From IMG/VR virus record IMGVR_UViG_3300020048_000105, positions 9,031 through 73,030 of that record: a stretch of 64,000 nucleotides of DNA. The stretch is one strand, 5' to 3'. The position numbers were made by a program, and so were the translations under genes. This document shows, one piece after another, positions 35,601-44,843 of this stretch (its first letter is position 1; the number at the start of each line of letters is the position of its first letter). This stretch comes from a virus. Taxonomy: Duplodnaviria; Caudoviricetes. Below the pieces are notes generated by a model. It was not told where the DNA came from and made no database searches. It saw nothing but the letters and a program-made list of their open reading frames with translations.

Positions 35601-35950
35601 ATACGCAGTGGTGCAAGAACTGCAGCGTTTGCAGTAATTACATTCCATTTAAAACCACTACTTTGTACGTGCATTGCGTCATATTGATAGAGAGGAAATG
35701 TAGGAAATGCATCGATAAGTTGGCCTGACGTTGTAGTAAGCGTAATTACTCCAGTGCCTGAATTTTTGATTGTATATAATTTTCCTTCGATACCAACGGC
35801 TGTAGGCAGGGTGACCGTAAAGGTTCCTGATGAACAATCAATTAAATAGTCGGTTGGTAAAATAGTGTATGTTGATGAACATACTGTATGTGGGTTTGTG
35901 ATTCCACCAAGGGAGGTGACACCATTTCGGGCTACAAATTCGTTTGCCAT
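32609..35950 (-). CDS. Large tail-fibre/virion structural protein
   Basis: MANEF start, TFTVTLPTAVG..GK.Y.IKNSG.G.IT fibre-type repeats, T/S/G-rich; GATATATAA promoter at 36009-36017. Confidence 0.72.
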   Translation of the reverse strand: MANEFVARNGVTSLGGITNPHTVCSSTYTILPTDYLIDCSSGTFTVTLPTAVGIEGKLYTIKNSGTGVITLTTTSGQLIDAFPTFPLYQYDAMHVQSSGFKWNVITANAAVLAPLRIPVADADYTIIGRNNYIIAYTSISARRTVTLPPANVPGQVISIVDEAGQVTSTNRIHIVRQGTDIIDSNSYALQIVPFTKVDYLSSGTGVWTRSGFYDRLSTGMVITPSYTDLSTGTIVIGNTGLYNLSKLPDAQGLIRTFEIDGSTLTLVDGVTNYIVADYNSGTPYIHNTTDVTIINESTVIPMYTIFRSGTRLHLLPWQDLGLGLVNKIHQSIVKTQRYRRESGLNIGELPIRRVTLSSGIVWVGANNFNLPAFDSSANTMFFLYHTAPNVWSDPSLNRQYQNLYYDDNTGGLTALNPNDFVVNFIYRGIEVETESYIVAGTTRYVSLTAAQGSLPPASLPPIITSHAVLVGRIIVEKGVDTATQIDNAFDVAFALSPSVDHNSLGNLSWTASGHTDGAYSLAGFDGTGNASTYTIGRGLVLDGPTSMALEASIGSTLKFTSGAIDVSDYVSKTYVDGSINTEIKKWVDINRTGFVNETEINLTFNPSTYVLNLVKTGTNWTYFRGGKEFTFTKDASIQIANPPINNTTYYITINNNLGNLEVSTIPWTMRDQTVSVATILWDASAINSSTYQFAEEMHQSLMDTATRAYLHFTRGTQYLSGGALTGPTVGGLTNQSTTFGISATNIADEDMFETLPALARPDGSTLAYTCFYRTTPSTWAWKDSSVPYTYGAANLIQWDNAGVLTEAANLSARFYNWYLLYTNFYGRARYTMIPGRGIYTSLALAQAENVKSFDFTGLPIQETVIAYQMTWETRTGNTNLGKVRLAAIPVPIGTSVTSTIVPSPAGTHNLLAGLQGGSVALSEFYHIDASQYDDFAGRTTYVDPSLVARDSAINLRLREASIGTGFAWTSGLLNVNNELANPSTGLGNSSGAGMIVNFVAGTTISPSQMICISSNGRAYPARADSSVSGMPAIAINHTGAIYSAGTEYPFLMSGTFRNTSENLSIGEICYVNRTGFLTTTQPDTPGYAVQPVGVSTSPNSIVFNPTPLYIIIK

Positions 35951-36031
35951 AGTTTAATTTTTTTCGCTTTTTTCACTTTCCAAAAGAGAATAGGACAGTA
36001 TGTCCAGATTATATATCTTTAATAGTAATTG

Positions 36032-36718
36032 TTAAAAATTTTTATTTAGGAATCTTGATACTAATGCATTGTAGTTTTGAGAAATTTCCTCATTTGAAAG
36101 AGCTCTATTATAAATTTGACATATAGCTATTTTACTATTCCAATAAAAATCATCAACATCTGAATACAACCTACCAATACATAAATAGTCTTCACTGTCG
36201 AATAATTCTGCGTCATCTACTGTATCAATTTGTAACACACTATCAACATAGATGTAATTTATGTTATTTTTTCGTACGCCAGTTATCATATGCCATTTAT
36301 TATCTATGATAATGCCATCAGCTTCAGCATAATATTTGTTATTAATAGGTGATGTCCAAAATTTATATAAATTGCTTTGCTTCATTAAGCCATATCCATA
36401 ACCTGCAAATTTTCCTAAGATTCCTCTTGTTATTTTTGAACCATAGAATGTATCATCACCATTATCTAATACCCAGGTTGATAAGGTAAGATCACCCGTT
36501 ATTGCAAGATCAGTTGTGGGGCCAAGAATACACCCGGTCCCATTAAAATAAATAGATGAGTTATCATACGTTACATTAGCATTTAAACTCACATCATTTC
36601 TTAATGTCAAATCAAGCCAATTATCCCCGGCTTTATAACTTCTTGGATTCGCTGCATCCAAATGTAACACTAGACCATCTGTGACTATACTATTCTGTGG
36701 ACCTGCGATAACTCCCAT
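36032..36718 (-). CDS. LamG/concanavalin-A-like domain protein
   Basis: IVTDGLVLHLDAANPRSY, WHMITG, YVDSVL, QIYNRALS..EI.QNYNA. Confidence 0.85.
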   Translation of the reverse strand: MGVIAGPQNSIVTDGLVLHLDAANPRSYKAGDNWLDLTLRNDVSLNANVTYDNSSIYFNGTGCILGPTTDLAITGDLTLSTWVLDNGDDTFYGSKITRGILGKFAGYGYGLMKQSNLYKFWTSPINNKYYAEADGIIIDNKWHMITGVRKNNINYIYVDSVLQIDTVDDAELFDSEDYLCIGRLYSDVDDFYWNSKIAICQIYNRALSNEEISQNYNALVSRFLNKNF

Positions 36719-36720
36719 TT

Positions 36721-36966
36721 TTATAACTTATTTTGTGTCCACTCATCAGTCGCTAGAATACCTATCATTTCCTCGTAGGTGTAAGGACCCTCAAAGCTGT
36801 CTAGATCAGTGATAAATCCAGGAACATTCTTATCCCACTTGATGAAGGTTTTTGACCCGTCAACCGAGAACCTTAGAGTTTCTAGAGAAGTTTCCAAAAC
36901 TTGCGAAAAATCAACTTTTGATACCTGAGAGTTTGGAAAGATTATGAATTGCCTTTGTTCGTACAT
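36721..36966 (-). CDS. Small fibre-associated protein (putative chaperone)
   Basis: 81 aa between fibre and LamG genes. Confidence 0.7.
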   Translation of the reverse strand: MYEQRQFIIFPNSQVSKVDFSQVLETSLETLRFSVDGSKTFIKWDKNVPGFITDLDSFEGPYTYEEMIGILATDEWTQNKL

Positions 36967-36971
36967 AGTGT

Positions 36972-39900
36972 TTAAATTTTATATCGTGATCGTGTTGCGT
37001 TGAAGTTTTGGAGGACTTCTGAGGGTGAGAGTGCTCGGTTGTAGATTCTAGCTATCGAAATCGTAATATCACTGTTATAATTCTTAGAAGACCCAAATGC
37101 TGCTAATAAAAGAGGTTGCGTTATGATTGTATCAATAATTCCAATAGCAGGTGTTTGATTTCCCTCAACATTTCCATTTACGTAAACTTTAACATTACTT
37201 CCATCATATGTGCCTGCCAAATGATACCATATACCTGGCTGCATAACAGTAGTGCCTGTCGACCCATATTTAATTGTGTTTATCTGTATACCGAAATTAG
37301 GTAAACCTGGCGATGCTGAAGTGATGCCAGAAACCAACAGAAACTCATTATTGTTTCCGGCGCCCGTCTGCCATGTGCCAATTATTCCAACTTTATATCC
37401 TGACGCATAATAGTTATTAAATTTAAAAAATGACTCGACTGTAATTGCACTTCTATTATAATTTTTATTATTCATTTCAGCATAATCATCTATACCATCA
37501 AATACCAATCCACCGCTATATGCTGGACTAAATGTTGGACCATTCGTTAAAACCCCGTTATTTTTACCTGCCATGTCATTCCATGCGGTTCCTGTACCTG
37601 GGTAACTTCTTGGATTCGCTGCATCTAGATACATAACTAAACCATCTGTAACTATTGATTCTCGTGGACCTATGACTGTTCTGCCTTTTACTGTCATGCC
37701 TGCGGTCGATGTAAAGAAATTCCAGCCTGTGTTGTTTCCTGCATTTACGCTGTTTCCGCCTGCATAAAATCTTGCAGCTCCTGTTGCATTAGAATACGAT
37801 AAGTTAAGCCAGTCACAAGATATGTTTGACAGTGCTGGAGAGTTTATTGTGTGTTGAGCGGCAGTGATGGAAGAAATTGTGATCGGAGCAGCTTTGGTCC
37901 CGACCGCGGTTAGTTTGTTTACTGTTTGAGTTGTGCCTGCAGTGAAACGAACTTTTCGCCCAGCATCTATTATGATTTCATTAATAATTGAACTGCCAGA
38001 TATATTATAATATCCGCTATGAAGACCGCTGAAAATAACTTTATTCAAATTTTTATTTCCAGTATTTAAAGTCAATACTCCAGTTCCAGATGGAGTATTA
38101 AGTATAATTGTTGAATTTTCGCAATAAAGTGTTGAAGCAGTGCTAAATTCAGTAACTGCGCCACCAGTTACTGTTTGTATATTTGTATATGTGCCATTGC
38201 CCATATATAAAATGCTTTTATTTGAATTAGATTGCGAAAGACCCTTTCCAGTATAATTAAAATCATTTAAATCAAATGTGCCACTAATAATTTGTAATGC
38301 TGCATTCCCGGGATATGTTAAAGTTATGTCTGATAAGTTAGTATATTTTCCAGTATCACAATTGACATAAATCCAATAAATTGTTTTGTTATGTAAATTT
38401 AATGTGAAGTTTCCTCTACCCATTAAAGTTAAAGAAGAAACTCCTGTTTCTGTAATGTTATTTCCTCGTATGTGATTACCATATGATTCAATTCCTTGAG
38501 ATATTGCTAGTGTTAATGCTTGATTAACTTCGCTCATATCTAAACTCCTACCAATCCTCGTACAATCTAGTGTTAATGTACTGCTACCGGTAAATGAAGA
38601 AGCATCAAACGTTACATCGTCTTGTGGAAGTGGTACTCTACCTGCCGTAGTTCTTGGTGAAGCATCGCTAAACCAATTTGTACTATTTTGCCAATTAAAA
38701 TTGTATGTATCAACTACTGAAAAATAAGATATTACGCAACTTGTAGTTCCAATTGCCCTTAAATAAATTGAATCCAATTGCGTAGTCATCGTAAAATTTT
38801 CGGTGAACGTTCCTGCTGTCGTACGTATATTACCGCTTTCAAGCCATCTCACACCTCCGCTACTTATTGAATCAATAGTATATGTTACGGTTATACTTTT
38901 TCCTGTGAAATAAGGTATTGTTCTTGTTTGCCCTACATTTTGTCCACTTGCAACATTTAACCAAGTACACACTCCATTTTCAATAGTTACGCCTGCGCTT
39001 TTATTCCATAAGCTAGAGTCATCAAAGCCAGTGTCTTTTAAAACTTCACCTAGATTTTTAAAGTATTGAGGTTCCGCTGTAGTAAATGTTATCCCACTAT
39101 TACCACCACAATCACCACTTAATCCTGTAATTGCACTTAAATCCCAACTTGCTGAACCTGCTCCTGTAATATCTCTGAAATCTACATTGGAGGCAACAAC
39201 AGTACCGTTACAAGTAATTGTTCGAGGTGTGCCTATTACGTTGGAATAGAATATTAAACGGTTGTTTGTGGCGTTATTACCACTTACTGTAAAAATACCA
39301 TTAATAGTAAAAGCTCCTTCTGCATTAATAACTTTACTCCCTGCACTTTGTCCTATTATAGTTAAATTATTGCATGAGCCAGAACCGGTAAAAGTTATTA
39401 CATAACACTCTATGTTATAAAAAACTCTTGTAGTTGTGTATAATCCAGCACCACCGGTGGTATTTTGACTTTTTATCAAAGATGTACCGCAATTAAATGT
39501 GAACCCAGCAGCATTAATGTGAAAATAAGCAGTGGCAGTTAATAAATTCCAAGTCCCGCTCCCAAGTGTTATAGTTTTTGTTCCCACTCCTAAAACCATC
39601 CCAGATGTAGTAACATCATAATTAGCATGATTCCAAGTGCCATTGGCTATATACGGTGTTGTTGTACTTGCCGTAAAATTATCCCCATTCGTAACAGTTA
39701 TCCCTACTCCATCAATGTACATTCTGTTCCACGCATGATAAAGTGTATTCCCGTTAGTAGTAATAGTTCCCGTTCCTTTGAAATACAGATAAGCTGTTCC
39801 TGTAAAGTTGTATCTTGAATTAGTAGCGTGTTCTGTTAATGAGCCATAAATACTAAGCGTGTAAACTGAACTTGTAATTGTGAAGTATTGGTCTGCGGCA

Positions 39901-40097
39901 CTACTGTTTAATGATAAACAGGAAGCGGCTACATCAATGGTGACTATTGCGCCATCTGCACTGAATGAACCTGATGAAAAAATAACATCATTACTGCTTG
40001 TAGGCACTGAAAATCCACTACTGCCTCCATCTGAATCTGACCAATGTGCAGTGTCATTCCAATTACCCGTATCACCAACCCAATACCTCGTTGCCAT
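36972..40097 (-). CDS. Tail fibre/adhesin A (beta-helix-like N-terminus, beta-sandwich insert, C-terminal LamG)
   Basis: ATRYWVG..GNW.DTAHWS start, GRVPLPQDDV, C-terminal LamG; paralogue of 54592-59064. Confidence 0.78.
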   Translation of the reverse strand: MATRYWVGDTGNWNDTAHWSDSDGGSSGFSVPTSSNDVIFSSGSFSADGAIVTIDVAASCLSLNSSAADQYFTITSSVYTLSIYGSLTEHATNSRYNFTGTAYLYFKGTGTITTNGNTLYHAWNRMYIDGVGITVTNGDNFTASTTTPYIANGTWNHANYDVTTSGMVLGVGTKTITLGSGTWNLLTATAYFHINAAGFTFNCGTSLIKSQNTTGGAGLYTTTRVFYNIECYVITFTGSGSCNNLTIIGQSAGSKVINAEGAFTINGIFTVSGNNATNNRLIFYSNVIGTPRTITCNGTVVASNVDFRDITGAGSASWDLSAITGLSGDCGGNSGITFTTAEPQYFKNLGEVLKDTGFDDSSLWNKSAGVTIENGVCTWLNVASGQNVGQTRTIPYFTGKSITVTYTIDSISSGGVRWLESGNIRTTAGTFTENFTMTTQLDSIYLRAIGTTSCVISYFSVVDTYNFNWQNSTNWFSDASPRTTAGRVPLPQDDVTFDASSFTGSSTLTLDCTRIGRSLDMSEVNQALTLAISQGIESYGNHIRGNNITETGVSSLTLMGRGNFTLNLHNKTIYWIYVNCDTGKYTNLSDITLTYPGNAALQIISGTFDLNDFNYTGKGLSQSNSNKSILYMGNGTYTNIQTVTGGAVTEFSTASTLYCENSTIILNTPSGTGVLTLNTGNKNLNKVIFSGLHSGYYNISGSSIINEIIIDAGRKVRFTAGTTQTVNKLTAVGTKAAPITISSITAAQHTINSPALSNISCDWLNLSYSNATGAARFYAGGNSVNAGNNTGWNFFTSTAGMTVKGRTVIGPRESIVTDGLVMYLDAANPRSYPGTGTAWNDMAGKNNGVLTNGPTFSPAYSGGLVFDGIDDYAEMNNKNYNRSAITVESFFKFNNYYASGYKVGIIGTWQTGAGNNNEFLLVSGITSASPGLPNFGIQINTIKYGSTGTTVMQPGIWYHLAGTYDGSNVKVYVNGNVEGNQTPAIGIIDTIITQPLLLAAFGSSKNYNSDITISIARIYNRALSPSEVLQNFNATRSRYKI

Positions 40098-40129
40098 TAT
40101 TCAGTATTATTTAAGTATTCATTAATGGG

Positions 40130-40468
40130 TTAACAGAAACAAAGTATGTCAAGAGAAGGATCGTAAACAACTACGAATCTTCCATCTTCGAACTTTTTCA
40201 TATCTCTTACTTCTGAAGGGTATAGTTCCATGTAGTCTTTTACAATTTCTGACGCTTGCTCCATTAACTCACTCATCCCTTTAATTTGCATGTCATCATT
40301 TTGAATTACGTAAGGCACAGCAATAATCTCTCCCTGTACGTTATCAATATGGTCAGTATCTATTGGAAAATAAGTTTCATCGCATAACATGACAAGAAAT
40401 GAAACTTTAGATAAATCTAATGTTCCGTTGTCGTAAGCTGCATAATAATCTTTGTATACTGTTGTCAT
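40130..40468 (-). CDS. Small protein upstream of fibre A (MTTVY family, copy 1)
   Basis: MTTVYKDYYAAYD..LDLS.VSFL.ML...YDPSLDILCF shared with 59064-59465. Confidence 0.8.
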   Translation of the reverse strand: MTTVYKDYYAAYDNGTLDLSKVSFLVMLCDETYFPIDTDHIDNVQGEIIAVPYVIQNDDMQIKGMSELMEQASEIVKDYMELYPSEVRDMKKFEDGRFVVVYDPSLDILCFC

Positions 40469-40473
40469 AATTT

Positions 40474-41208
40474 TTATAAAACTCTAGCTCCTACTTTTAA
40501 ACTCCAAGTTCCTGTTGTGATTACTGAGTTCAATACAATATTTCCTCCGCTTAAAGTAACAGTGAATGAGAATGGCACTGTTGTTGCAGTTAAATCAGGT
40601 GTTGATGTATCTGTCCAAGTTACTGCTCCTATTGAAGTATTCCAAACAGCCATAACAGTTCCGGAACGATATGCATTTGTTCCCAAGTTCGAAACCCTGT
40701 AGTCATAGTAGCACGCCGTGCCTGAGCTCGCATCTATCGACAGAACCGCAGTCGTCCCCGTTGTTAGCCCGGCCAGCGCCGCAGAGTTTATGTAAACGGC
40801 ACCATTTGAATTAACCTGAAAGATTGGAATACCTGAGATATCACCAACTTGGAAAATTACGCCTGTCAATGTGTCAGTCACCGTGAAAAGGTCACCTGCA
40901 TTTCCGTTGACGTCAAATACTACGCCAGTGGATCCGTTTACAGTGAATGTGCTGCCATCGTAAGTCACATTCGACTCAGCGTATATTCCGCCTGACGTTC
41001 CTGTGCTTGTGAGTATTCGATTATTAGAAGCGTTTAAGACAGTTGTTATTAATGGCTGCACAAAATCATAAATTGCTTTCCCCGTTACTAAGATTGATGA
41101 CGCATCAGCAACAATTGCAGTTGAAACATTTTGGATGCTTACAACGGCTTTCGTCGATACGTCAATACCTAAGAGTAATCCAGTTTTTATCTTGAATTCG
41201 TTTGCCAT
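40474..41208 (-). CDS. Virion structural protein (MANEF family)
   Basis: MANEFKIKTG start like 32609-35950; LFTVTD.LTG.IF.V.DISG.PI motif. Confidence 0.7.
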   Translation of the reverse strand: MANEFKIKTGLLLGIDVSTKAVVSIQNVSTAIVADASSILVTGKAIYDFVQPLITTVLNASNNRILTSTGTSGGIYAESNVTYDGSTFTVNGSTGVVFDVNGNAGDLFTVTDTLTGVIFQVGDISGIPIFQVNSNGAVYINSAALAGLTTGTTAVLSIDASSGTACYYDYRVSNLGTNAYRSGTVMAVWNTSIGAVTWTDTSTPDLTATTVPFSFTVTLSGGNIVLNSVITTGTWSLKVGARVL

Positions 41209-41226
41209 TATCGTTTTATTTTTATG

Positions 41227-42534
41227 TTATCCCGCAATGATGAACTTACATGATGAATCAGTTATTGTTCCTACACCCCATGTTATTGAAACATCGCCGG
41301 CCGCGTTAACATAAACTCCGGTGTATACTTGCTCGTTGAATTCGAATATCGCTATGTTGAACGGGCCTGTTCCTAACGCATGAGTGGTTGCAGGAATTGC
41401 ATATGAAGTTTGAGTTGTTCCATTGAATGTTCCACGATACCTACTTACGTAGCCTGCCGCTCCTGTCACTCCTATGGTGATTATTGAACCGTCCGATGTT
41501 ATAGATGCACCGATTCCTGCGACGATCTGTTTTACGTATGCCGTGTTTGCGACTGTTGTAGAATATATTGAATGTGTTCCTCCTGTTGTTGAAGCGACCG
41601 AAGAAAGTTTGTTGGTTGATACGCTTGCAACGTAGCTTGTGAGGTACGATATCGAAGAGTCAAACAGCGTCTGCAGAACGTAAGTTGACGAATTAAATGC
41701 ATTCGAACCGAGAGTCCTCGACACTAGCAATCCACCTCCGTTTATGAACAATGAATTTGCCGCAGTAGCATCTGCTGTTGCAATTGGCAAATGTAAACCT
41801 ACGCCCGGTGTAAAATCAAATCCTGTTGATGTACTCAATATGAATTTTGCACCGTTCCAGAATGGAATTCCAAATGAAACTGGAACATCTTCACGAGTTG
41901 CAACAGCTTGGAGCGATGCATCCGCGTAAGTTGCGCCTGCCAAAGGAGCCTGGCCCACTCTAAACGTTTGAGTCGTTTCATCATATACAAATACGTAAGG
42001 AAGCGAAGTTCCGCGATCAATAACAATACCAGATTGCATTGTACTTGGAGGTGTTCCTGTTTGTCCAGTGTTTAAATAAATGAATGCGGCTGATACATCA
42101 ATTGATTCAACATTTCTTGAAAAGATGCAACCGTCGATTGTTAAATCTCCTCCGATGTATGTGTTGCCTGAAACTGTCAATCCGCCACCAACCGAAACAT
42201 TGTTTGCCACATACAATCCACCTGCGTTTATGATTAACGCTCCTGTCATGGTGTCACCGGCTTTCTTTACATAATCGCCGAGAGACGCATTGTAAGCTGT
42301 GTAACCTACATAGTTTGTCGATGCTTCGAACGCCATTGAGCCAAGTAATTTGCTCTTGATCTGGATGTTTGTTCCCACGGAATCAACTACAAGTGCATAT
42401 GGGAGTGCTGCTCCTGTGGCCGGGCTAGTTATAAATGTTGTGCCATTCAAGTAAGTTGACGAATTAAACGTAACGTTTCGAAGAAATGCTGCGCTTGAAT
42501 CTACTACAAATGATGGTTGAATATATCTTGCCAT
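41227..42534 (-). CDS. Tail-fibre-like structural protein
   Basis: YVKKAGDTMTGAL, L.V.GN..I.G.L.I, SGIVIDRGT fibre motifs; GAAATATATAAA promoter at 42556-42567. Confidence 0.72.
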   Translation of the reverse strand: MARYIQPSFVVDSSAAFLRNVTFNSSTYLNGTTFITSPATGAALPYALVVDSVGTNIQIKSKLLGSMAFEASTNYVGYTAYNASLGDYVKKAGDTMTGALIINAGGLYVANNVSVGGGLTVSGNTYIGGDLTIDGCIFSRNVESIDVSAAFIYLNTGQTGTPPSTMQSGIVIDRGTSLPYVFVYDETTQTFRVGQAPLAGATYADASLQAVATREDVPVSFGIPFWNGAKFILSTSTGFDFTPGVGLHLPIATADATAANSLFINGGGLLVSRTLGSNAFNSSTYVLQTLFDSSISYLTSYVASVSTNKLSSVASTTGGTHSIYSTTVANTAYVKQIVAGIGASITSDGSIITIGVTGAAGYVSRYRGTFNGTTQTSYAIPATTHALGTGPFNIAIFEFNEQVYTGVYVNAAGDVSITWGVGTITDSSCKFIIAG

Positions 42535-42570
42535 GTTAAATGTTATGTTACTTTATTTATATATTTCAAG

Positions 42571-43290
42571 TTAGAATCCAAGAATGATAATATCATAATT
42601 CTGTCCAGAAGCAGGTGGGGTATGAAAATTAACCACATTGGTGCTTGCACCACGGATTACGTCAGGATAAATGCTTTCGCCTGTTGAACGATCCCAAACT
42701 GAAAAAGTTTGACGCATTGTGCTTAAATCATGCACAATGTTATATGATGTCATTGCCGCATTTCCAATTACAAAACCTTCATAGCCAAACAAAGGTTTAG
42801 AACCTCCAATTGCAAAGACACTTCCATCTTGTGCATAGAGCGCACCAGTTAACGAATCAATTTTAATTGAACTGGCACTTACATTTGCCGCAGTTAAACT
42901 CGCAAATGTGTTGCCATCGAATGTTACAATTTCTAAATTACCTGCGTTATCCCTTAGAATTACGCCATTTTCATCATCATTTATTTGCCAAGTTGCCCAT
43001 GAGGTTCCACTTGCATCACTTGAATACATGTTTAGCTTAACCCATGATGTATAATCGGTATACAATGCCTCATCAATCAAGAAGTAAAGTCCATTTAAAG
43101 ATGGATTCGGATCAGACGTAACCGAAACTGTAATTCCTTTGTATATCCAAATGTTGCTATTGATATCCTGCCATACAGTAGGATTAATTAAATCGGCTTT
43201 TGTACTCACAACTAGCCTTGCATCAAGAGGGGCCTTTGTAAGTACCTCAAAGTTTGCAGCAAAGTTAAATGTTCCTTTATTACGTGACAT
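42571..43290 (-). CDS. Putative virion structural protein
   Basis: NFEV....PLDARLVV start and YNIVHDL...V C-terminal motif seen in fibre-cluster proteins. Confidence 0.65.
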   Translation of the reverse strand: MSRNKGTFNFAANFEVLTKAPLDARLVVSTKADLINPTVWQDINSNIWIYKGITVSVTSDPNPSLNGLYFLIDEALYTDYTSWVKLNMYSSDASGTSWATWQINDDENGVILRDNAGNLEIVTFDGNTFASLTAANVSASSIKIDSLTGALYAQDGSVFAIGGSKPLFGYEGFVIGNAAMTSYNIVHDLSTMRQTFSVWDRSTGESIYPDVIRGASTNVVNFHTPPASGQNYDIIILGF

Positions 43291-43304
43291 CCAGTGTATT
43301 ATTT

Positions 43305-44780
43305 TTAGAAAATGAGTCGTACTTGAATTGATGCTCGATCAGTTCCACTGTACATGTATTTTGTATATGAAATTGGTATTCCTTGAATAGTTTCTGTTAC
43401 AGAACTTGTCGTCCAAAAAAGCAATGATTGTCCAGCATTGCCACCTTGATAATCCCATGTTGAAGAAAATGTATTATAAGTTTGAACGCCTACTAAAGGT
43501 CTTAGCATTAACCATGCATTAGGAATTTCGAATGATTGTTTATATCCGCCAGTCTCAGTTGTCATGATAAATGGAACATAGTTGCCTGTTATCATTGAAA
43601 CTAAAGGTTGTTTTACCATTAGAGTAATTACAGCATTTGTCGTTCCAAACAATGGGTAAACGCCTTCAATAGTTCTATTAACTTGCGCACCTACATTACC
43701 TGCAGATAAAGGTGTTGAATATACATTCCCTTTATTATCATAAGGTTGAACGCCTTCATCATAAAATACGGTAGATGACCATGTCTGTTGACCTAACAGA
43801 ACATTATAGTTTCGAATTGTCTGTAAATCTGTGAGTGCATTTGTTGAAACATCAAAAATAAATGTGCCTGTGTATGCGTAATAGTTTGGTAACCCACTTC
43901 GGGACGAACTTAACGCATTGTATTGAGGATTAATTTGACCTGTTGAAAACTCTGTAGTAAAAGATAAATTCGAAATAACATTTTCTACTTCATGCAAAGT
44001 ATTTGTGGGGTTCATCACAAATGTAGCACTTGGATTTGTAAATGATGGATATGCAGTTGGAAACAAAAGAGAATCCCAAAGAGTACTCATAAATGACCCA
44101 TTCAAGTCATCAACTGTTGTGCCTGATGGAATTCCACCGACAGAAGCTGGCATAGATGTGCTAAGATCAAGTGCAGAATCATAGATTGCACCAGACGCTG
44201 AGGCGTCTAATCCTAAAATAACACTGGAAGAATTTTCAACAACTGTGATGTTTCCTACACCTCGTATTCTTTTAAGAAAAAAGATTGTGCCTGCTGACGT
44301 ATCTGCTCGATGTGAATAAACACCACCCCCTGATACGTCAGAACGATTTTCAATGCTAGTGGCGTAGGATGGCCCGAAATGATTAGCATTGTTAAGATAG
44401 TATAATCCATTTTCACCTTGTAAAAGATCAGCGTCGATTATCGAAGAGTCTGGAGATGCAGTCGGAATGTACTTCGAATCATATGTAAGAAGAATTGACC
44501 CAATGTTTCCTGAGATGGCAGATGATCGATGATACTTTATGTGAACATAGAAGTCTGTGTAGTCTTGGAAGCTTATAGATGCGAGAGCGCTCTGTGTAAA
44601 TGTTTGCCATGGGTGCCAAGTGACGTTGTCGAACGACCACCTAAACTCTTTCTTAATGAAAGTACCCACCATATTTTCTTCTCTAAAGGAACGCATACGT
44701 TCCACCCTCGGAATAGGTATGCTGTTACGAAATTCTATTGAGGTTATGTTTGTGCGTCGATCTGAGAAAACGTACTGCAT
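43305..44780 (-). CDS. Putative virion structural protein
   Basis: 491 aa, S/T/G-rich, VGGIPSGTT motif; GAATAAATA promoter at 44806-44814. Confidence 0.65.
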   Translation of the reverse strand: MQYVFSDRRTNITSIEFRNSIPIPRVERMRSFREENMVGTFIKKEFRWSFDNVTWHPWQTFTQSALASISFQDYTDFYVHIKYHRSSAISGNIGSILLTYDSKYIPTASPDSSIIDADLLQGENGLYYLNNANHFGPSYATSIENRSDVSGGGVYSHRADTSAGTIFFLKRIRGVGNITVVENSSSVILGLDASASGAIYDSALDLSTSMPASVGGIPSGTTVDDLNGSFMSTLWDSLLFPTAYPSFTNPSATFVMNPTNTLHEVENVISNLSFTTEFSTGQINPQYNALSSSRSGLPNYYAYTGTFIFDVSTNALTDLQTIRNYNVLLGQQTWSSTVFYDEGVQPYDNKGNVYSTPLSAGNVGAQVNRTIEGVYPLFGTTNAVITLMVKQPLVSMITGNYVPFIMTTETGGYKQSFEIPNAWLMLRPLVGVQTYNTFSSTWDYQGGNAGQSLLFWTTSSVTETIQGIPISYTKYMYSGTDRASIQVRLIF

Positions 44781-44843
44781 GAAGTATCTTTTATTTTCCT
44801 TTATCTATTTATTCAAGATACAAGAAGCACAATGACTCTTTAT

